Of a stretch of DNA of 41,051 bases, positions 36,731 through 41,051 are shown piece by piece. Below the pieces are notes generated by a model. It did not search any database. It had not been told where the DNA came from and was given only the letters and a program-made list of their open reading frames with translations. The stretch comes from Planctomycetota bacterium (GTDB taxonomy: Bacteria > Planctomycetota > Planctomycetia > JALXBF01), in the NCBI GenBank assembly GCA_026991575.1, contig JALXBF010000138.1, positions 75,099-116,149 of the forward strand. Reading direction: 5' to 3'. Within the stretch, counting starts at the first letter, position 1; every line of letters starts with the position of its first letter. Position numbers and translations under genes: made by a program.

Positions 36731-38596
36731 ATGCGAGCGCCGGCCAAGCTTGCTCTGATTGCTGCCTTCCTCTGCGCCGCATGTGCGCCAGGTGCAGCCA
36801 CAGCCCAAAGACCGGATGCCCCCCGCATAACCCCGGACGAGGCACACCGCTACGTCGGGAAGTTCTGCATTGTAGAAGGACGAATCGTTGAGGTGAGCTG
36901 GCAACGGCGGGCTACGTTTCTGAACTACCAGCCATACCGCCGGGGCTCGCGCGATTTCTACCTGGTCATTGTCGGCCGAGATCGCGAGCGGTTCGACCGG
37001 CGGGAGGTCGAGAGTTGGGAGGGGAAGGTGTTGCGCGTGTACGGCCGGATCGAACTGTACCGGGGCCGGCCTCAGATCCGATTGCGGGATCCAGATCAGG
37101 TTGAGGTGATCGACGGACCACGGCCTCGAGGACCTCGTCGTGGTGGCCTGCACGACGAACGGCCGCGACAGCGCAGCCTGAAAGACCACGTGGTCATCAA
37201 GTTCCTGGGCGGGGCTCGCGAGATTGGTTCCTCGGCCATTCTCGTCAGCAATGGCCGCACCACGGTCCTCCTAGACTACGGCGCACCTTACGGCGAGCAG
37301 CAACGGAGGCGAGCGGCTAAGGGGCCCGAATTCGACCCGGACACGCTCGATGCCGTGATCCTCAGCCACGCGCATCTGGACCACATCGGTCGCATTCCGG
37401 AGCTGGTGGCGGCCGGGTATGACGGCAGGTTCTACGCGACCCGGGTTACGGGGAACCTGGCCCGCACCATGCTGGAAATGGCCGCCGACTTCGATGATCG
37501 ACCGGCTCACCAGGTGCCGGTAGCCCACGTGATCCGTCGGTTTGTGCCAGAAGACTACCACGAGGAGTTCCTCGTGGCGGACGACGTGGAGGTAACTTTC
37601 CTGGACGCGGGCCATATTCCCGGCTCAGCGGTGACCGTGTTGGAGATGAGCACGGCGGACGGCCCTGTCCGGATTGCATACACCGGGGACTACGGCAACG
37701 GGCTCAGCCCGTTGTTGCGGCGGCCTGAGAAAGTCCACGAGGCCGATGTGCTGATCATTGAAGCGACCTACGGCGGGCGGGTTCGAAAACGGGCCATTGG
37801 GGGGGTGGACGCCGTGTTTGAGCCGTTTGTTCGGGACCTTGCTGCGGCCGTGCGCGCGGGCAAGCGCGTGATCATTCCGGCGTTCGTGTTGGACCGTACT
37901 CAGAAGTTGCTATGGGTGATCGGGCGTGCACGTCGTCGCGGCATTCTGCCACGCAACGTGCCGGTTTACGTTACGAGCCGCAGGGCGCGGGAGATCACGG
38001 AGCGGTACGCCATGTTTTGGCACCGCCGCGATCAGTTTGCTCAGTATTTCTCGCAGCGCTGGTTGACCCAAGATCATCCGTTCTTTGGGCTCCGCTATCG
38101 CGCGGCGCCGCGCGGTGACGATGGCCCGCCGCCGCGGCCCTCGATCGTGATTGCTTCCTCGGCGGACGGCAGGCATGCGGCCAGTCGGGCGCTGATCGAG
38201 CGGCTGGCCGGCGATCGCCACACGGCGTTTTTCATCGTGGGTTATGCACCGCCCGAGACGCCCGTAGGGCAGCTGGCGGCCATCGCCACCGGACGGCGAC
38301 CGGAGCGTTGGATCAAAGTGGACGGGCGGTCGTTGATGGTGCAGGCTGATGTGAGGAAGTACAGCATGTTCTCCGCGCATGCGGATCGAGAGCAGATGGT
38401 GGAGTTTGTCACGGCGTGTCGGAACTGGAGACATGTCTTTGTCGTACATGGAGAAAAACGCAGTTGTCTGGCGCTGGTTGACCGCATCCGCGAGGAGTTT
38501 CCGCAGCGGGCCGACCGGGTTGTCGCGCCACGCCGCCTTGAGTCGTTCCGTGTCGAACCTGCGCCGGTCCGCCCTCGGGCCGCGTTACGTCCCTGA
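36731..38596 (+). CDS. MBL-fold beta-CASP ribonuclease (CPSF-73/Ysh1/TTHA0252-like) with N-terminal signal peptide and OB-fold domain
   Basis: Strong SD GAGGAGG. Signal MRAPAKLALIAAFLCAACAPGAATA, OB-fold-like residues about 32-127, then FLGGAREIGSS, LLDYG, SHAHLDHIG, AGHIPGS, TGDYG, EATYG, IPAF..DRTQ, FSAHAD, VHGE. Confidence 0.88.
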   Translation: MRAPAKLALIAAFLCAACAPGAATAQRPDAPRITPDEAHRYVGKFCIVEGRIVEVSWQRRATFLNYQPYRRGSRDFYLVIVGRDRERFDRREVESWEGKVLRVYGRIELYRGRPQIRLRDPDQVEVIDGPRPRGPRRGGLHDERPRQRSLKDHVVIKFLGGAREIGSSAILVSNGRTTVLLDYGAPYGEQQRRRAAKGPEFDPDTLDAVILSHAHLDHIGRIPELVAAGYDGRFYATRVTGNLARTMLEMAADFDDRPAHQVPVAHVIRRFVPEDYHEEFLVADDVEVTFLDAGHIPGSAVTVLEMSTADGPVRIAYTGDYGNGLSPLLRRPEKVHEADVLIIEATYGGRVRKRAIGGVDAVFEPFVRDLAAAVRAGKRVIIPAFVLDRTQKLLWVIGRARRRGILPRNVPVYVTSRRAREITERYAMFWHRRDQFAQYFSQRWLTQDHPFFGLRYRAAPRGDDGPPPRPSIVIASSADGRHAASRALIERLAGDRHTAFFIVGYAPPETPVGQLAAIATGRRPERWIKVDGRSLMVQADVRKYSMFSAHADREQMVEFVTACRNWRHVFVVHGEKRSCLALVDRIREEFPQRADRVVAPRRLESFRVEPAPVRPRAALRP

Positions 38597-38616
38597 GCAG
38601 CGTGACTCCAGCGCGA

Positions 38617-39681
38617 ATGATGACGCAGTTCTCCGCGCGCAGCCTGATGGCACAGAACGGCACATGGTCCAACCGACTTCTCCGCTTCGAGCCGGTCTTG
38701 AAAGAACGGATCTGGGGCGGTCGACGGCTCGCGCAGCTTTTTGGCAAGGCAGCCGCGCCGGAGCGGCGCATCGGCGAGAGCTGGGAGCTGTTCGCGTTTG
38801 CGGGCGACAGCGTGCGGGTCAGCGCAGGGGGGGGCGGAGGCGACGGCGCACCGCTCGCCGAACTGATTCGCCGACGCTGTGTTCCAGTCGACGACCACTC
38901 CGTGCAGACGGGCTCGTTCCCCTTGCTGTTCAAGTGGATCGACGCTGCCGAGGACCTTTCGGTACAGGTACACCCCCCTGACGGCCACCCGCTCGTGCCT
39001 GCGGGGCATCGGGGCAAGACAGAGTGCTGGGCAGTGGTCTCTGCGGAGCCCGGTGCCAGCCTGTACGTAGGCCTGAAGCCGGGGGTGAAGCCGGAGGAAG
39101 TTGCCGACGGCGTACGCACGGGCCAGGTGGCGGAGTTGTTGCAGCGGTACCCGGCGGTACCCGGGGAGGTGTTCTTCGTGCCGGCTGGCACGGTGCACGC
39201 CATCGGCCGTGGCGTGACGCTGGCGGAGATTCAGCAGGCCAGCGATGTGACCTTCCGGCTTTACGACTGGGACCGGATCGACCCGAGCACCGGAGTTCGG
39301 CGCCCGTTGCACGTCGAACCGGCGCTGGCATGTCTGGCCGATCACCCGGCGGCAGGGCGAGTGACGCCGCGGTGCACGCTCCGTGCTGACGCGGTGGTGG
39401 TCGAGCAGTTGGTGTCGGCCAGCTGTTGTCACGCATTCGTGCTGGATCGTGTCACGGTGCGTTGCCGTGTGCAAGGTACAATCCCACGACCGTGGAGCGT
39501 GTGGATGGTCACGGAGGGCAGGGCGGTCGTGGCGATCCGCGATCGAAAGGAGTGGCTGCGGCCAGGCGATACGGTACTGGTGCTGGGTGAGGCGGAGCTT
39601 CAGATCGAGCCGATTGCCTCGCCCCTGGTGCTGCTGGAAACCCGCCTACCGAACACCGGCTCAACGGCGTGGCTTGGTTGA
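38617..39681 (+). CDS. manA: Mannose-6-phosphate isomerase, class I
   Basis: RIWGG, IGESW, FPLLFKWIDA, LSVQVHP, GKTECW, PAGTVHAIG, EIQQASDVTFRLYDWDR. Start uncertain (38602, 38617 or 38647). Confidence 0.92.
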   Translation: MMTQFSARSLMAQNGTWSNRLLRFEPVLKERIWGGRRLAQLFGKAAAPERRIGESWELFAFAGDSVRVSAGGGGGDGAPLAELIRRRCVPVDDHSVQTGSFPLLFKWIDAAEDLSVQVHPPDGHPLVPAGHRGKTECWAVVSAEPGASLYVGLKPGVKPEEVADGVRTGQVAELLQRYPAVPGEVFFVPAGTVHAIGRGVTLAEIQQASDVTFRLYDWDRIDPSTGVRRPLHVEPALACLADHPAAGRVTPRCTLRADAVVVEQLVSASCCHAFVLDRVTVRCRVQGTIPRPWSVWMVTEGRAVVAIRDRKEWLRPGDTVLVLGEAELQIEPIASPLVLLETRLPNTGSTAWLG

Positions 39682-39738
39682 GGGGGCTACGCCACGCAGC
39701 ACCGCAACGATCCGCGTGTGACGTCAGCGGGGGAATCG

Positions 39739-40716
39739 ATGCCGATAAGTTTGCACGAGTACGCCGACTGGCTCGACAACCGCACCGATCTCTTCTGGCC
39801 CAAACCACCTCAGGTCCATGCTCCCAAGGTCAAACCACTGTTGCGCCGGTTGCGCGGTATTCGCCTGGTGACGTTCAACACGTACGGCACGCTGATCGCT
39901 ATTCGCGGCGGCGAGCTCAGGCTGGTGGAGCCGAACCGCTTGATCATGGAAACGGCCCTGGAGAAGACGATTCAGGAGTTCAAGATGTGGCCGTCGATGA
40001 CCCGTAAGCCGGGCAAGCCCTCCGAGTACATGATGCAGCAGTACCAGCAGCTGCTCGATGAGGCCAAGCTCCGGCCAGCCGTTGGCGAGCGTTACCCGGA
40101 GATCCGCGTCGAGGAGATCTGGGAGAAGATCATCAACCGCCTGATGAAGAAGGAGTACACCTTTGACGTCAACTTCTACGGGTCGCTCACGCAGTTTGCC
40201 CGCTGCGTTGCGTTCTTCTTCCACGCTAGTCTGCAGGGGTACGGTCCCCAGCCGGGGGCTCTGGCTACGCTGCGTGCGCTGAAGCGGCTCGGCTTCCGCC
40301 TGGGCATCATTGGCGATGGGCAGGCGTTCACGCGGGTGCAGTTACTGAGGGCGTTGCGGCAGGAGGGGGAACTGACGTCGCTCAATGAGCTGTTCGATGA
40401 GGCGTTCATTGCGATTTCTGCGGAGGTCGGAGCACGCCGGCCGTCAGAAACGCTTTTCCGCAAAGTGGTCAGCGCGGCAGCCGAGCGGGGCATTCCGGCC
40501 ACGTCCATCCTGCACGTGGGCAACAGCCTGGAGTTGGATGTGGCCCCGGCCAAGCGATTGCACCTACGCACCGCGCTGTACGCCGGGGACAAGGAAGCGG
40601 TGCAGGCCAATAAGGAGCAGCTAGCGGACAAGGCGACGCGGCCGGACGTGCTACTGGCTGAGCTCCGCCAGCTGGTGCCGTGCCTACGTGAGAACGCCCC
40701 CGCCGCTACCACCTAG
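39739..40716 (+). CDS. HAD-superfamily hydrolase-like protein with degenerate catalytic motifs
   Basis: Motif I-like VTFNTYGTL, LGIIGDGQ, SAEVGARRP, LHVGNSLELDVAPAK..RTALY. Confidence 0.8.
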   Translation: MPISLHEYADWLDNRTDLFWPKPPQVHAPKVKPLLRRLRGIRLVTFNTYGTLIAIRGGELRLVEPNRLIMETALEKTIQEFKMWPSMTRKPGKPSEYMMQQYQQLLDEAKLRPAVGERYPEIRVEEIWEKIINRLMKKEYTFDVNFYGSLTQFARCVAFFFHASLQGYGPQPGALATLRALKRLGFRLGIIGDGQAFTRVQLLRALRQEGELTSLNELFDEAFIAISAEVGARRPSETLFRKVVSAAAERGIPATSILHVGNSLELDVAPAKRLHLRTALYAGDKEAVQANKEQLADKATRPDVLLAELRQLVPCLRENAPAATT

Positions 40717-40804
40717 TCATTGATCGATGCGCTGGAGACTGGTCTAGCGGGTCCGCGCCGTCATAGCATAGACGTTCGCTGGAGGCTCACAGCGGGAAGG
40801 GACA

Positions 40805-41051
40805 ATGCCACCACCAGCCATCATTGACGTCACGCAATTCGATTACGACAACCCGGTGGTTGACCTGGAAGGGATCCGGGCGGTCCTACCGCAGCGTTAC
40901 GAGATGGAACAGCTGACCGGGATCGTGTACCTGGACGAAGAATCCAAGGTCATCGTCGGGTTCAAGGATGTGCGGCATGATGAGTTCTGGGTACGTGGCC
41001 ACATGCCGGATTACCCGCTGATGCCCGGCGTGCTGATGTGCGAAGCGGCTG
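40805..41051 (+). CDS. fabZ: 3-hydroxyacyl-ACP dehydratase (FabZ/FabA hot-dog family), 3' truncated by the window edge
   Basis: Manual translation MPPPAIIDVTQFDYDNPVVDLEGIRAVLPQRYEMEQLTGIVYLDEESKVIVGFKDVRHDEFWVRGHMPDYPLMPGVLMCEAA. Catalytic His (GH) and Glu are present. SD GGAAGGGA. Confidence 0.85.
   Translation, partial: MPPPAIIDVTQFDYDNPVVDLEGIRAVLPQRYEMEQLTGIVYLDEESKVIVGFKDVRHDEFWVRGHMPDYPLMPGVLMCEAA

Noticed and set aside
36572..37189. N-terminal extension of trmB in the ORF track (416 aa)
   Set aside because: Antisense shadow of the OB-fold/beta-CASP gene. TrmB motifs and an SD support the start at 36571.
38242..39474. Long antisense or alternative-frame ORFs (38242-39474, 8372-9181, 14862-15818, 16577-17407, 29799-30659 and similar)
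   Set aside because: They overlap well-supported genes, carry no motifs, and are expected from stop-codon scarcity in high-GC DNA.

Overview
GC-rich (about two-thirds GC by eye) bacterial chromosomal window, almost certainly from a planctomycete. This is inferred from a DUF1559 protein, a DUF1570 peptidase, a TxWS-type ECF sigma factor, zinc-ribbon/TM proteins, a QW-repeat barrel protein and a DMG-type Ser/Thr kinase. It holds about 30 CDS and one tRNA-Met(CAT) with its own promoter and terminator. I found no integrase, transposase, phage gene, CRISPR array or rRNA. Housekeeping genes: bpt/ate (5' partial), cpdA-like, thiD, tdh-kbl-LOG, a P1B Cu ATPase, lactate permease, trmB, manA, and fabZ (3' partial). 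Most interesting: (1) an apparently exported beta-CASP ribonuclease with a signal peptide and an N-terminal OB-fold; (2) a glycolipid-building locus (flippase, CDP-alcohol phosphotransferase, PIG-G/O/N-like phosphotransferase, GT2, divergent YfhO GT-C) whose parts list mirrors eukaryotic GPI biosynthesis; (3) an ECF sigma / Zn-ribbon-TM-DUF1559 / DUF1570 protease unit; (4) a DUF1080 domain nested inside a degenerate copy of itself; (5) a 39-aa membrane microprotein, absent from the ORF track, behind the Cu ATPase. All family calls come from motif recognition by eye, not from database searches.
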